DNA of 64,000 bases from Escherichia phage KEP2: the sequence record PP047752; one strand, 5' to 3'. Shown in pieces: positions 51,284 to 59,722 of the stretch. The position numbers and the translations under genes are program-made. The notes under the pieces were generated by a model. The model searched no databases, was not told where the DNA came from, and saw only the letters and a list, made by a program, of their open reading frames with translations. Each line of letters begins with the position of its first letter. Positions within the stretch are counted from its first letter, which is position 1.

Positions 51284-51664
51284 ATGGCTTATCGTGCACC
51301 TAAATTCATCAACAAAGACAACTTTCGCAACGCACTGGAGAAGTCACTTGATGAAAATTTTAAAGGTAACATTATCGTTGTTCACGCATTCAATTTTAAG
51401 TATGATGTAAACGGGAATAGAATCAACCATTACACAGCAACCATGTTAGATGGTACGCTATCAAGTGAAAAAGCTGTACTGAATGCACTTGCAGGACGTG
51501 GTAAAAACCTGATAAGATGCGATAAGAGACGTTATCAGGGTGGCGCATATGGTTATGATGATGCTGTTTATCATCTTGAAAATATGGGCTATTCAGTGGA
51601 AAAAGCTGGAGCGTCTCAAATAATCGGCAGTGACGGCTATGTGACAATTTTCAAAATTAACTAA
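51284..51664 (+). CDS. small early-type protein (array gene 2)
   Basis: 126 aa, cassette-driven. Confidence 0.45.
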   Translation: MAYRAPKFINKDNFRNALEKSLDENFKGNIIVVHAFNFKYDVNGNRINHYTATMLDGTLSSEKAVLNALAGRGKNLIRCDKRRYQGGAYGYDDAVYHLENMGYSVEKAGASQIIGSDGYVTIFKIN

Positions 51665-51672
51665 TAAAGTAC

Positions 51673-51752
51673 TTTACAGGGGGCTTATAGTTCGATAAAG
51701 TAAGCCCCAGATAAAGAGCTTTACCACTAAATCCTAAATTGGAGATTCAAAA
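51673..51752 (+). promoter_or_regulatory. canonical cassette (copy b)
   Basis: TTTACA-GGGGGCTTATagttcgaTAAAGTAAGCCCC-AGATAAAGAGCTTTACC...AAATTGGAGATTCAAAAATG. Confidence 0.55.
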
Positions 51753-52043
51753 ATGGCTATTATTAAAAACGTTGTAATTCCTGCAAAAACTCGTGATGAC
51801 GCTCGCATCATGGCGAAAAAGTTAGGCGGGAAAGTGGTTGACAACGGAAAACAAACTGCTGTAAGGTGGAACGTGAAGGCGGATAAACAAATGAATTTAA
51901 AAAATTCACCAATAAACTTTTTTACATGTGTAAACACTATCGGGAAAACGAATGTATACACTAAAAAGGCATATATCAGACGCATCGCCATGACGTCACC
52001 TATTCGCACAATGAGAAGTCATGCAAAGATGAAAATTAAGTAA
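51753..52043 (+). CDS. small early-type protein (array gene 3)
   Basis: 96 aa, basic. Confidence 0.45.
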   Translation: MAIIKNVVIPAKTRDDARIMAKKLGGKVVDNGKQTAVRWNVKADKQMNLKNSPINFFTCVNTIGKTNVYTKKAYIRRIAMTSPIRTMRSHAKMKIK

Positions 52044-52051
52044 TAGAGTAC

Positions 52052-52133
52052 TTTACAGGGGGCTTAAAAGCTGATATCTTAAGCCCCAGATAAAGAGCTT
52101 TACCACTCAATCCTTAAACTAGGAGATTCAAAA
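52052..52133 (+). promoter_or_regulatory. canonical cassette (copy c)
   Basis: Near-identical to copy a (TTTACA...TATCTTAAGCCCC...CTAGGAGATTCAAAAATG). Confidence 0.55.
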
Positions 52134-52646
52134 ATGAAAACTGTAGACGCTACCTTTGAAGTTGTAAAAGAAAAATTTTCCATCATTTACGAAGCTGTCA
52201 ATTGCTACGAAGCAAGCCATAATCTTGATAATTGGAAGTTTACAGATGACCATCAAGGCGGTGTGACTATTAAAAACCCCAACTGTCAGCGTAATGGATT
52301 TAAATATGCAATTCCTTTACATTACAGCCTTAAACAGCTTTCAATTGACTATGCAAAACAAGGCCGGGAAAATCCATCGAAAGAGGCTTACATCAGCTTA
52401 CAGAAAGAACTAGAAAGAGATTTAGAGGCTTCAGAATATAACATCGCCGCGAAAGTTGTAGATGCAAACGGTAGCACGGTTTTAGAGAGTTTTTATATTG
52501 GTTATGCTTTCGATTGGTGCTACAGTGACGGCGATGATTTAGATGACAGACTAAAAGAGGAAGTGAACAACGCAGACGCAGAATCTGAAGTATTAGAACG
52601 CTTGGAAGCATTAAAAGATTCAGTGATGAATATCTTTAAGAACTAA
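52134..52646 (+). CDS. small early-type protein (array gene 4)
   Basis: 170 aa, acidic C-terminus. Confidence 0.45.
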   Translation: MKTVDATFEVVKEKFSIIYEAVNCYEASHNLDNWKFTDDHQGGVTIKNPNCQRNGFKYAIPLHYSLKQLSIDYAKQGRENPSKEAYISLQKELERDLEASEYNIAAKVVDANGSTVLESFYIGYAFDWCYSDGDDLDDRLKEEVNNADAESEVLERLEALKDSVMNIFKN

Positions 52647-52655
52647 ATAGACCTC

Positions 52656-52737
52656 TTTACACGGGGCTAACAAGCTGATATGATAGCCCCAGATAAAGAG
52701 ATTTATCAAATTAACCCTTAAACTAGGAGATTCTAAA
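52656..52737 (+). promoter_or_regulatory. canonical cassette (copy d)
   Basis: TTTACA-cGGGGCTaacaagctgaTATGATAGCCCC; -10 TATGAT; leader ...CTAGGAGATTCTAAAATG. Confidence 0.55.
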
Positions 52738-53034
52738 ATGAAATTATCAAATAAAGTTAGGGAAAACCTTAGCAAATTACTCAATAAAATTGATTTTATC
52801 GAGACATCAAGAAATAGTCATGATGTTATGGAATGGTTACACGGCAAAATAAAAGGCCGTCGTGTAGTGATTTGCTTATGGAACAGTTGCAGGGAGTATA
52901 AAAAACCTGTATTGCAAGTTAATATATACGATAATACTTTTAAAAGTCCTGTTAAATCTAAAAGTGATTTATTAGAATCTTATGAGATAACTGTAAATGG
53001 CAAGGTATCACGTAAAGAGGTAACACCATGTTAA
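52738..53034 (+). CDS. small early-type protein (array gene 5)
   Basis: 98 aa. Confidence 0.4.
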   Translation: MKLSNKVRENLSKLLNKIDFIETSRNSHDVMEWLHGKIKGRRVVICLWNSCREYKKPVLQVNIYDNTFKSPVKSKSDLLESYEITVNGKVSRKEVTPC

Positions 53035-53360
53035 TGATGGGTATCACTGCAATCATTGCCATTATAGCACTTTATAAGGCTTACAGCGCATATAATTTGG
53101 CAAGTAAGGCAATCACGCAGCAGGTCAATAATAACCTTGTAATGAGCTTTCTGGAGCGTTTAAGCGATGAACAAATAAAACGGTTAGAAATGAGCTTCAG
53201 ATTTCAATCAAAAACTTATCAAATCAGCGACATTTTCAAAGATGATTTTCAGCTTGTCGATGATTATAACTCTCTGATAAATGCTTTAAATATCAGTGAT
53301 TTAAAAGATTATCATGCTGTAATAGTTCAAGAATTGAGCAAACGAAAAAATTCCTCTTGA
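53028..53360 (+). CDS. small membrane protein (array gene 6)
   Basis: N-terminal TM helix MGITAIIAIIALY; ATG overlaps upstream stop. Confidence 0.4.
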   Translation: MLMMGITAIIAIIALYKAYSAYNLASKAITQQVNNNLVMSFLERLSDEQIKRLEMSFRFQSKTYQISDIFKDDFQLVDDYNSLINALNISDLKDYHAVIVQELSKRKNSS

Positions 53361-53370
53361 TTTTGGTTTT

Positions 53371-53448
53371 TAAAACAAGTAAATTACTAATCAACGGGAG
53401 GTAATAACCTCCCCACTAAGTAAAGTCCTTAAACTAGGAGATTCAAAA
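53371..53448 (+). promoter_or_regulatory. variant cassette (copy e)
   Basis: AAAACAAGTAAATTACTAATCAACGGGAGGtaataaCCTCCCCACTAAGTAAAGTCCTTAAACTAGGAGATTCAAAAATG; different hairpin, same 3' leader. Confidence 0.45.
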
Positions 53449-53721
53449 ATGTATACTACTAACAACGGTCGCACTTTGAACGTAACCCTGCGCCACTATG
53501 TGAACGGTGTAATGCACTTCGAGGATTTACAAGCCGAACAACATATCTTGGATTGGCAAGTAGCAGGACTCCAAAAAACTGCTACAGGATACGGGAAAAA
53601 GATTCCAACTAGTTGGAAAGTATACTACGAAGGGCGTTTGCGCAGAATTTATCAAGATGTATACAGTAATAGCGCATCAAGTTACATCATAGTAAAAGGT
53701 AAAAAGCTGCATTTAGTATAA
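53449..53721 (+). CDS. small early-type protein (array gene 7)
   Basis: 90 aa. Confidence 0.4.
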   Translation: MYTTNNGRTLNVTLRHYVNGVMHFEDLQAEQHILDWQVAGLQKTATGYGKKIPTSWKVYYEGRLRRIYQDVYSNSASSYIIVKGKKLHLV

Positions 53722-53726
53722 AGTAC

Positions 53727-53806
53727 TTTACAAGGGGCTTATAGTTCGATAAAGTAAGCCCCAGATAAAGAGCTTTATCACTCAATCCTAAATTGGAGAT
53801 TCTAAA
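53727..53806 (+). promoter_or_regulatory. canonical cassette (copy f)
   Basis: TTTACAaGGGGCTTATagttcgaTAAAGTAAGCCCC-AGATAAAGAGCTTTATC...GGAGATTCTAAAATG. Confidence 0.55.
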
Positions 53807-54211
53807 ATGGCTATTAATAACCGTGAGTTATCAATCTTAAAAGCACGTTTGACCGTTAACCGGATTAATGTTATTACATCATCAGCACCGGATGAGACAT
53901 TGCACAACATTATCGGGAAGATTCAAAGTGTTATCTTAGACGTTGAAAACGTAAAAAACTCATTGGCTGACGTTGCAGCAGGTATCACGCTAGACGGCGC
54001 ACAATATGAAATGGCTGACATGTTAGGCAAATCTAAGGTAATGAATAAAGAGCTTGATTTAAAAATGTTTCGTTTTGCTGTTAAAGTGTGGCTATCTGTC
54101 GAGTATGACGCAAATTTTGCAATCGCTGACTTTTTCGCAACATGGTTGCAACGTAATTTAACAAATCATGATTTTCGTGATATCTGCGATATAATTTACG
54201 CAGAACTCTAA
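53807..54211 (+). CDS. small early-type protein (array gene 8)
   Basis: 134 aa. Confidence 0.4.
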   Translation: MAINNRELSILKARLTVNRINVITSSAPDETLHNIIGKIQSVILDVENVKNSLADVAAGITLDGAQYEMADMLGKSKVMNKELDLKMFRFAVKVWLSVEYDANFAIADFFATWLQRNLTNHDFRDICDIIYAEL

Positions 54212-54218
54212 AAAACTG

Positions 54219-54312
54219 TTGACACGGATTTTTAGATAGATTAAATTACGCATTAACGGGGAGGGAATGAACTTCCCCACTAAATAAAGTCCTTAAACTA
54301 GGAGATTCTAGA
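54219..54312 (+). promoter_or_regulatory. variant cassette (copy g) with explicit TTGACA-17-TAAATT promoter
   Basis: TTGACA 54219-54224, TAAATT 54242-54247, then GGGGAGGGaatgaaCTTCCCC hairpin and CCTTAAACTAGGAGATTCTAGAATG leader. Confidence 0.5.
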
Positions 54313-54510
54313 ATGGCTATCATTAACGGCTTAAACATTGAAACTACTCACATCAAAGATATCAAAGTTGGCGATATAGTCCTTTTTCACGGCGTAGAAA
54401 AAACTGTTACTGCAAAGGATATTAAAGAGGATTCTTTCATGGGTAGGACTCTCTTCGGTGATTCTTATTGCTTAGGTTATCTTGCAGTTTTAAAAGTTGT
54501 CAAACATTAA
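54313..54510 (+). CDS. small early-type protein (array gene 9)
   Basis: 65 aa. Confidence 0.4.
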   Translation: MAIINGLNIETTHIKDIKVGDIVLFHGVEKTVTAKDIKEDSFMGRTLFGDSYCLGYLAVLKVVKH

Positions 54511-54523
54511 CTAATAAAGTACT

Positions 54524-54603
54524 TTACAAGGGGCTTATAGTTCGATAAAGTAAGCCCCAGATAAAGAGCTTTACCACTAAATCCTAAACTGGAGATTCAA
54601 AAA
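54524..54603 (+). promoter_or_regulatory. canonical cassette (copy h)
   Basis: Same as copy f/b family. Confidence 0.55.
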
Positions 54604-55167
54604 ATGAAATGCTATCACGGTACTACCCTCAAAAACTTTGTAAACCTGCTGAATGGTGGCGACAAGCCGGAAGGTATCTGGAACTGCTCCTACATGGACG
54701 ATTGTTTCTATGTTTACCCAATGAATAAGATTATCAAAACGGAATGTCTGGAAGATGAGGAAGATTCTTACATCCGTGAACGCTGCATTCAAAACGCTTT
54801 AGAATCGGGGCTTATCACGGCAGCTTTCCAAATGGAAACGCAGGAAATAATTGTCATTGAAATGGATATCCCAGAGGAAGAACTTGAGGACGATTATTCT
54901 TGCGACAACATGAGCGATATCGCCAGCTTTACCGGACACTTTGATAAGGATTGGATTATCGGCCTTCACTCGACGAAATTTAGTGCGATGTATGCGCCTT
55001 TCTTTGTACCGGATGCAACTAATCGCAATTTAGGCTATGTTGACGATGATTTGTTAACTATGGCGAAAATTGTACAGAATAGCGGTGATTCTTCTGTGTA
55101 TTGTGACCTACTGGATAAAATCACGGCAAACATCACAGAGCGCAATTTAAAAGACTTTTTAGGTTAA
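54604..55167 (+). CDS. acidic early-type protein (array gene 10)
   Basis: 187 aa, strongly D/E-rich. Confidence 0.45.
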   Translation: MKCYHGTTLKNFVNLLNGGDKPEGIWNCSYMDDCFYVYPMNKIIKTECLEDEEDSYIRERCIQNALESGLITAAFQMETQEIIVIEMDIPEEELEDDYSCDNMSDIASFTGHFDKDWIIGLHSTKFSAMYAPFFVPDATNRNLGYVDDDLLTMAKIVQNSGDSSVYCDLLDKITANITERNLKDFLG

Positions 55168-55194
55168 TCAGTACAAAGACACCAACTTCCAACT

Positions 55195-55230
55195 TAAGGC
55201 CCGTACAGGGCCATTTAGAGGGCTTCAATC
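55195..55230 (+). promoter_or_regulatory. divergent cassette (copy i): GGCCCgtacaGGGCC hairpin + TAGAGGG SD
   Basis: No canonical leader; hairpin directly upstream of gene. Confidence 0.3.
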
Positions 55231-55464
55231 ATGCTTACAACCATTTACCTCATCCTTTCCATTTGTAATGGTCATTCATGCGATTTTAAAGGGCTTGAGG
55301 AGTTTACAGGGAGTAAAGAAAATGTTATTCATGCCTGTCAGATAGCAAGGCAAGACTATCCCGCCAGTGATGATATACAATGTTACTTTAAGACAGAAGA
55401 TGAAGACGGCGTCTATTTTGACAGTGTCGATGGTCAATATGAAATTATCATTGAAAAAGACTAG
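55231..55464 (+). CDS. small early-type protein (array gene 11)
   Basis: 77 aa. Confidence 0.4.
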   Translation: MLTTIYLILSICNGHSCDFKGLEEFTGSKENVIHACQIARQDYPASDDIQCYFKTEDEDGVYFDSVDGQYEIIIEKD

Positions 55465-55477
55465 ACAAGCCTGATAA

Positions 55478-55551
55478 AAGTCTGTAAATTGTCAATCAAC
55501 GGGAGGGATGACCTCCTACTAAACAAAATCCTTAAACTAGGAGATTCGAAA
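55478..55551 (+). promoter_or_regulatory. variant cassette (copy j)
   Basis: CTGTAAATTGTCAATCAACGGGAGGGatgaCCTCCtACTAAACAAAATCCTTAAACTAGGAGATTCGAAA. Confidence 0.45.
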
Positions 55552-55893
55552 ATGGCTTATGTAACCGTAATTACCAATAAAGAAGATTCATCTTGGTCAA
55601 CTCAAGTAAGTGACAAGATGTCACCTATGCAGTGCCTAAAATACTTTGAGCAATGGAACAAAGGTGAGGAAACAAGCCCCTTTCAAGTAATGCAGATTAT
55701 CCATACAGACAACGAAGGGAATAAAACTGTTTTGAATAGTGAGTACTATGCAACCAGATTCGAAACGAGAAGTAAAGCAATGAAGCTCTTACGTGAATCC
55801 GGTTATTCTCATATTGCCGCGCTAATCTGGGATGACCTCCTAAAAAGTCAGCGTATCAGTTATGTAAAACCTGAAAAAATATTCATCAGTTAA
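55552..55893 (+). CDS. small early-type protein (array gene 12)
   Basis: ATG directly after cassette leader; ORF-track upstream extension (55489) runs through the cassette and is rejected. Confidence 0.45.
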   Translation: MAYVTVITNKEDSSWSTQVSDKMSPMQCLKYFEQWNKGEETSPFQVMQIIHTDNEGNKTVLNSEYYATRFETRSKAMKLLRESGYSHIAALIWDDLLKSQRISYVKPEKIFIS

Positions 55894-55931
55894 TCAACAA
55901 CTTACAAAAAACTTTTAAAAAAGTGTTGACA

Positions 55932-56113
55932 ATGCCCCTTGACATTGGTAACTTTGTTCGAGGGGGTTTATCTAAAAGGGATTAACTTAAAAGATTCTTT
56001 ATAGATAAACTTAAAAAATTGCTTGCAATCAGATATCAAAACAAGTAAATTACTAATCAACGGGAGGGATAACCTCCCCACTAAGTAAAGTCCTTAAACT
56101 AGGAGATTCAAAA
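55932..56113 (+). promoter_or_regulatory. extended variant cassette (copy k) with tandem TTGACA boxes
   Basis: GTTGACAATGCCCCTTGACA (same arrangement as 20012-20031) then AAAACAAGTAAATTACTAATCAACGGGAGGGataaCCTCCCC...CTAGGAGATTCAAAAATG. Confidence 0.45.
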
Positions 56114-56644
56114 ATGAACAAATTTCAAGCTATCAATTACATCCGCTCAAATAGTGTTATGTCAAAGCCTGTTAAAGACACCTATGAATTTCGTTGCAAT
56201 GGTGTACACTTTGCAACCATCACCAAATCAGAAAACGGGGCTTATTACGTTCATCGCCGTAATGTTGCAACCGTTGTAGTCTCTCACTTTATGCAAGCTG
56301 TCGCGGAACTTCTCCCGATGTTTTTAGGGCTTTACTTAGATGAGTGTAAGCACATTCATAACCATGTTAAAAGCCTTTTAAACGGTTATAAAATGGCTTA
56401 TGAGCGTTCTATCAAGTCCTTAAACAAGTTTTACAACGCACCTGAAAACACCGTATCAATGGCATACGCTGTAAAGGGTGAGGCGGTGAGTCTCTTCGAA
56501 GTGGAAGAAATCGAGCTTTATGACCATCGCCCCAATGGTTACGCTAAAACTCTCGGTGAAGGTTTAACGTTCAATATCAAGAACTTAGAAAAAACTTTAA
56601 AAGATATTGAAAAAGATATTGACGAGACAATCAAAAGTCTGTAA
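56114..56644 (+). CDS. early-type protein (array gene 13)
   Basis: 176 aa. Confidence 0.45.
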   Translation: MNKFQAINYIRSNSVMSKPVKDTYEFRCNGVHFATITKSENGAYYVHRRNVATVVVSHFMQAVAELLPMFLGLYLDECKHIHNHVKSLLNGYKMAYERSIKSLNKFYNAPENTVSMAYAVKGEAVSLFEVEEIELYDHRPNGYAKTLGEGLTFNIKNLEKTLKDIEKDIDETIKSL

Positions 56645-56649
56645 ATTGT

Positions 56650-56712
56650 CAATCAACGGGGAGGGAATGACCTTCCCCACTAAATAAAGTCCTTAAACTA
56701 GGAGATTCTAAA
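56650..56712 (+). promoter_or_regulatory. variant cassette (copy l)
   Basis: TTGTCAATCAACGGGGAGGGaatgaCCTTCCCCACTAAATAAAGTCCTTAAACTAGGAGATTCTAAAATG. Confidence 0.45.
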
Positions 56713-56961
56713 ATGGCAACTATCCGCGCAATTGTAAATTCTTATGGCTGCTACACTCTGGACGTTAAATTTGATATAGGTGGGACCGATGAGTGTTTCG
56801 AACTGGTGAAAACAGTCATTAAACAAGTTATCCCAGACTATAACCCTACTGATGACTTCTGGAAAGATGCAGTAAAAGAGGCGTTGAACGATGAATATCA
56901 TTACCATTATTGGGGTGATTTGATTGTCTCCCTGTACTACAATAAACAAGGTTGCAACTAA
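56713..56961 (+). CDS. small early-type protein (array gene 14)
   Basis: 82 aa. Confidence 0.4.
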   Translation: MATIRAIVNSYGCYTLDVKFDIGGTDECFELVKTVIKQVIPDYNPTDDFWKDAVKEALNDEYHYHYWGDLIVSLYYNKQGCN

Positions 56962-56998
56962 TCGGCGCAACGGGGCAAATAGCCCCAGATACCTTTAT

Positions 56999-57021
56999 AG
57001 CCCCTTAAATGGGGCTTTTTT
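56999..57021 (+). terminator. intrinsic terminator ending the small-gene array
   Basis: AGCCCC-ttaaat-GGGGCT followed by TTTTT; preceded by degenerate cassette-like hairpin GGGGCaaatAGCCCCAGATACC. Confidence 0.55.
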
Positions 57022-57374
57022 ACGTCTTATCAAATCCTATACAATCCTTTTCCTTTCCTTTCCAGAGTCTTACTAGACCTTAAAAGCAATAACTCTATAG
57101 CTTACTCTATAACCTTTTATCAAATCAACTTAAATATAAGCCCATAACCCGAAAGGGAAGGGCAACCGTTTAAACGCTCTATAAAGCTCTATAACAGCCT
57201 TATCAACCTAACTTAAGGGATTGCATTAACTCACCCTTAAAAGCCCTTTATAAAGCTTCCTAGAGCCTTAAAAGAATCTTATAAGGGTGTAAGCTTTATT
57301 ATCTCGTTAGTATCTTGTGAACTACTAAAAAGGGGCTTGTTAGTTACTAAAAAGTATGTTATAGGGGCTATAAA

Positions 57375-57516
57375 GTTACGTAAAAGTAGCTTAAAAGTTA
57401 CGTAAAAGTAGCTTAAAAGTTACGTAAAAGTAGCTTAAAAGTTACGTAAAAGTAGCTTAAAAGTTACGTAAAAGTAGCTTAAAAGTTACGTAAAAGTAGC
57501 TTAAAAGTTACGTAAA
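57375..57516. repeat. 22-bp direct tandem repeat GTTACGTAAAAGTAGCTTAAAA x6 plus partial
   Basis: Six perfect units 57375-57506 and a 10-bp partial; each unit has palindromes TTACGTAA and AGCT. Confidence 0.9.
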
Positions 57517-57573
57517 TGCTAGCCCCCTTAACATTTTCTTAACAATCCCTACATAGTTATGCTTTTAAGGCAC

Positions 57574-58110
57574 TTGTTAGCAACTTGTTAAATCTCTGTT
57601 AAAACCATGTAAAAGCCTTGTAAGAGTCTTTGGCATAGCCTTTAAAGCCCCTGAAAAGCCTTATAAAGAGGTGTCTACATAGTTGGGGTGCAATTACTAG
57701 GGAGAGACTAAAAAGAGCTTATAAGGAGTTATAAAGAGCTTTTAAAAGGGCTATTTAAAAGGTCACTAAGAGGGAAAGGGAACGATAAGAAAAGAGATAG
57801 TGACCATGTTAATAGCTTGTTAAAAAGGTTAAACACTTGTTAGGAACTTGTTAATTATCTTAACAAAATAACTCTTTAAAATTAACTTGTTAGCTCTTGT
57901 TAGTCATCTGTTAAGCCTCTGTAAAGACTATGTATCAACTGTTAAGAAACTGTTACCCTCTTGTTAAAACTGTTAAGAATCTGTTAAGACCTTTGAAGAG
58001 ATGTTAAGAAGATGTATCAACTGTTAAGAGATTGTTAATGATATTTTAAAATTCTGCAAAGGGGATGTTACAGGGATGTTAAGGGCTACCAAGCAGATAT
58101 ACATCTTCTA
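57574..58110. repeat. dense cluster of short direct motifs (C/T)TGTTAA(G/A), more than 20 copies
   Basis: e.g. ACTTGTTAGCAACTTGTTAAATCTCTGTTAAAACC; ATGTATCAACTGTTAAGA occurs twice (~57925 and ~58008); non-coding. Confidence 0.7.
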
Positions 58111-58538
58111 CAGATATTTTTGAGTTCCTTCAAAGACCCTAAAAAATGACTTGACAACTCTATTTTATAAAAATTTTAAAATTCTGAATAATTACCTATA
58201 CAGTCTTTTAAAAATACAGGCATAAACAGGCTTATAAGATACCTTGTTAGTACCGTGTTAGACCTTGTGAGATAAGGTCTTTAAAGATATTCCTGTTAAG
58301 TTTGTTAAAACAGTCTATATAGAGGCTTAGTAATACCTAGTGAACACCTATAGAGGGTAACATAGCTGACATAGAGATTAAGAGGTGTATAGGGGCTTCT
58401 AAGAGGGTGTAGAGGAATGGTTAAGGTGATTGTATAGGTTGTTAAGAAGGCTTGTTAGAGGGCTATTTAGAAGGGCTATACAGAGGGACTATTAAGACCA
58501 CTAGATAGATACTAAGATACTATATAGTACTATATAAC

Positions 58539-58556
58539 TATATATATATATATATA
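58539..58556. repeat. (TA)9 dinucleotide repeat within AT-rich TACTATATA-type sequence
   Basis: TATATATATATATATATA; candidate DNA-unwinding element. Confidence 0.7.
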
Positions 58557-58658
58557 GAGAGTAAGCTTAAGAAGGTTGTTAAGAAGGATAGATATTTTAT
58601 TCACATATGATGGTGACCCAGAGGTTGGGACAACCGATGAAATTTTATAAAAAAATTA

Positions 58659-58691
58659 AAAAGCCCCCAATTAAGGAGGCTCTTAAGATAT
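58659..58691 (-). terminator. intrinsic terminator for the - strand block
   Basis: On - strand: AGCCUCC-uuaauu-GGGGGCU followed by UUUUUAAUUUUUUU. Confidence 0.5.
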
Positions 58692-58692
58692 T

Positions 58693-59286
58693 TTAAATCA
58701 GTGTTTCCAGAACTGTCTTCAGTGATGACTTGGTTGTCTGATAAAAATGAGTAAATCCATTGTTGTTATCGAATACCTGCATCATGATATCATCTCCCTT
58801 GATTGGGTACACTCGGATATCATAGTGGAACCCATTAAATACAGCAGAACCATTACAGAATGAACTGAAATCATCCACTGAGATATACTCCTCATGCCCT
58901 GTGATTTTTATACAGATACCCTTACTCGGTCTCTTAGGGTTAATATCTTCCATCACAGACATATTCTGTCCACCAAGAGATACCATAGTGACCACTTTAC
59001 GATTTTTCTGTCTAAAGTACATCTTAACTTTCTGTAAAGTGTCTTCATAGAACGGATAAGACCTTTCTACAAAGATTCCTTCAAGTGGCTCTTTACCATT
59101 TTCAACTTCTCTGTTATGCCGTACTGCAAAGATAATTTGTTGGAACCAGTCAAGATTTTCTTCGGATAGTGCTTCTCGAATATCATTCCAGTCAAGGACT
59201 AGGTAGTTGCCTTCAACTTCTTTTAAGTTATCTTTTTCCATATCTATCACACCATTATCGTAAAACTTGGTAATCTGGTACTGCAA
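58693..59286 (-). CDS. hypothetical protein
   Basis: 197-aa ORF, last gene of - strand block. Confidence 0.35.
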   Translation of the reverse strand: MQYQITKFYDNGVIDMEKDNLKEVEGNYLVLDWNDIREALSEENLDWFQQIIFAVRHNREVENGKEPLEGIFVERSYPFYEDTLQKVKMYFRQKNRKVVTMVSLGGQNMSVMEDINPKRPSKGICIKITGHEEYISVDDFSSFCNGSAVFNGFHYDIRVYPIKGDDIMMQVFDNNNGFTHFYQTTKSSLKTVLETLI

Positions 59287-59722
59287 ACTTGTTGTTGTTG
59301 TTGTTCTTAATGAGGTCTTCTTCTGTTACTAAGAATGTAAGCCCACATAAGTGTGTGTAGTGGCTATCATACTCAAATATTTTAAGTAAGTATTTATCAT
59401 CATGGTAAACAAATTCTACTACACCTTTTGCAACAATCTTTCCAGTCTTGAAGTCTTTAAGGCGGTATACATTACCAACTTTAGGAACTGTTTTCATCTC
59501 AGGTTCTTTTAGTTTCTCACCAACTTCTACATCACCTAGTAAGTGAGAACCTTCAAAAGCTACATGTTGCATATAAGCCTCTGAGCATTCCCAGATAAAA
59601 CAATGTACAAGAACCTTAGCTGCATGTCTTGAGCAATTCAACTTATCACAAATCTCTTTGTACATTTCGTCTTTAGTTGAGTTGTCAAGCATTGCTTTTT
59701 GGACTACTTCTTTAATTTTCAT
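59255..59722 (-). CDS. hypothetical protein
   Basis: 155-aa ORF. Confidence 0.3.
   Translation of the reverse strand: MKIKEVVQKAMLDNSTKDEMYKEICDKLNCSRHAAKVLVHCFIWECSEAYMQHVAFEGSHLLGDVEVGEKLKEPEMKTVPKVGNVYRLKDFKTGKIVAKGVVEFVYHDDKYLLKIFEYDSHYTHLCGLTFLVTEEDLIKNNNNNKFAVPDYQVLR

Noticed and set aside
57375-57516. Possible CRISPR array
   Set aside because: Repeats are directly abutting with no unique spacers and no cas genes; this is a simple tandem repeat.
58100-58200. TTGACA-containing stretch in the non-coding region as a definite promoter
   Set aside because: Several alternative -10 placements in extremely AT-rich sequence; cannot be assigned without mapping data.
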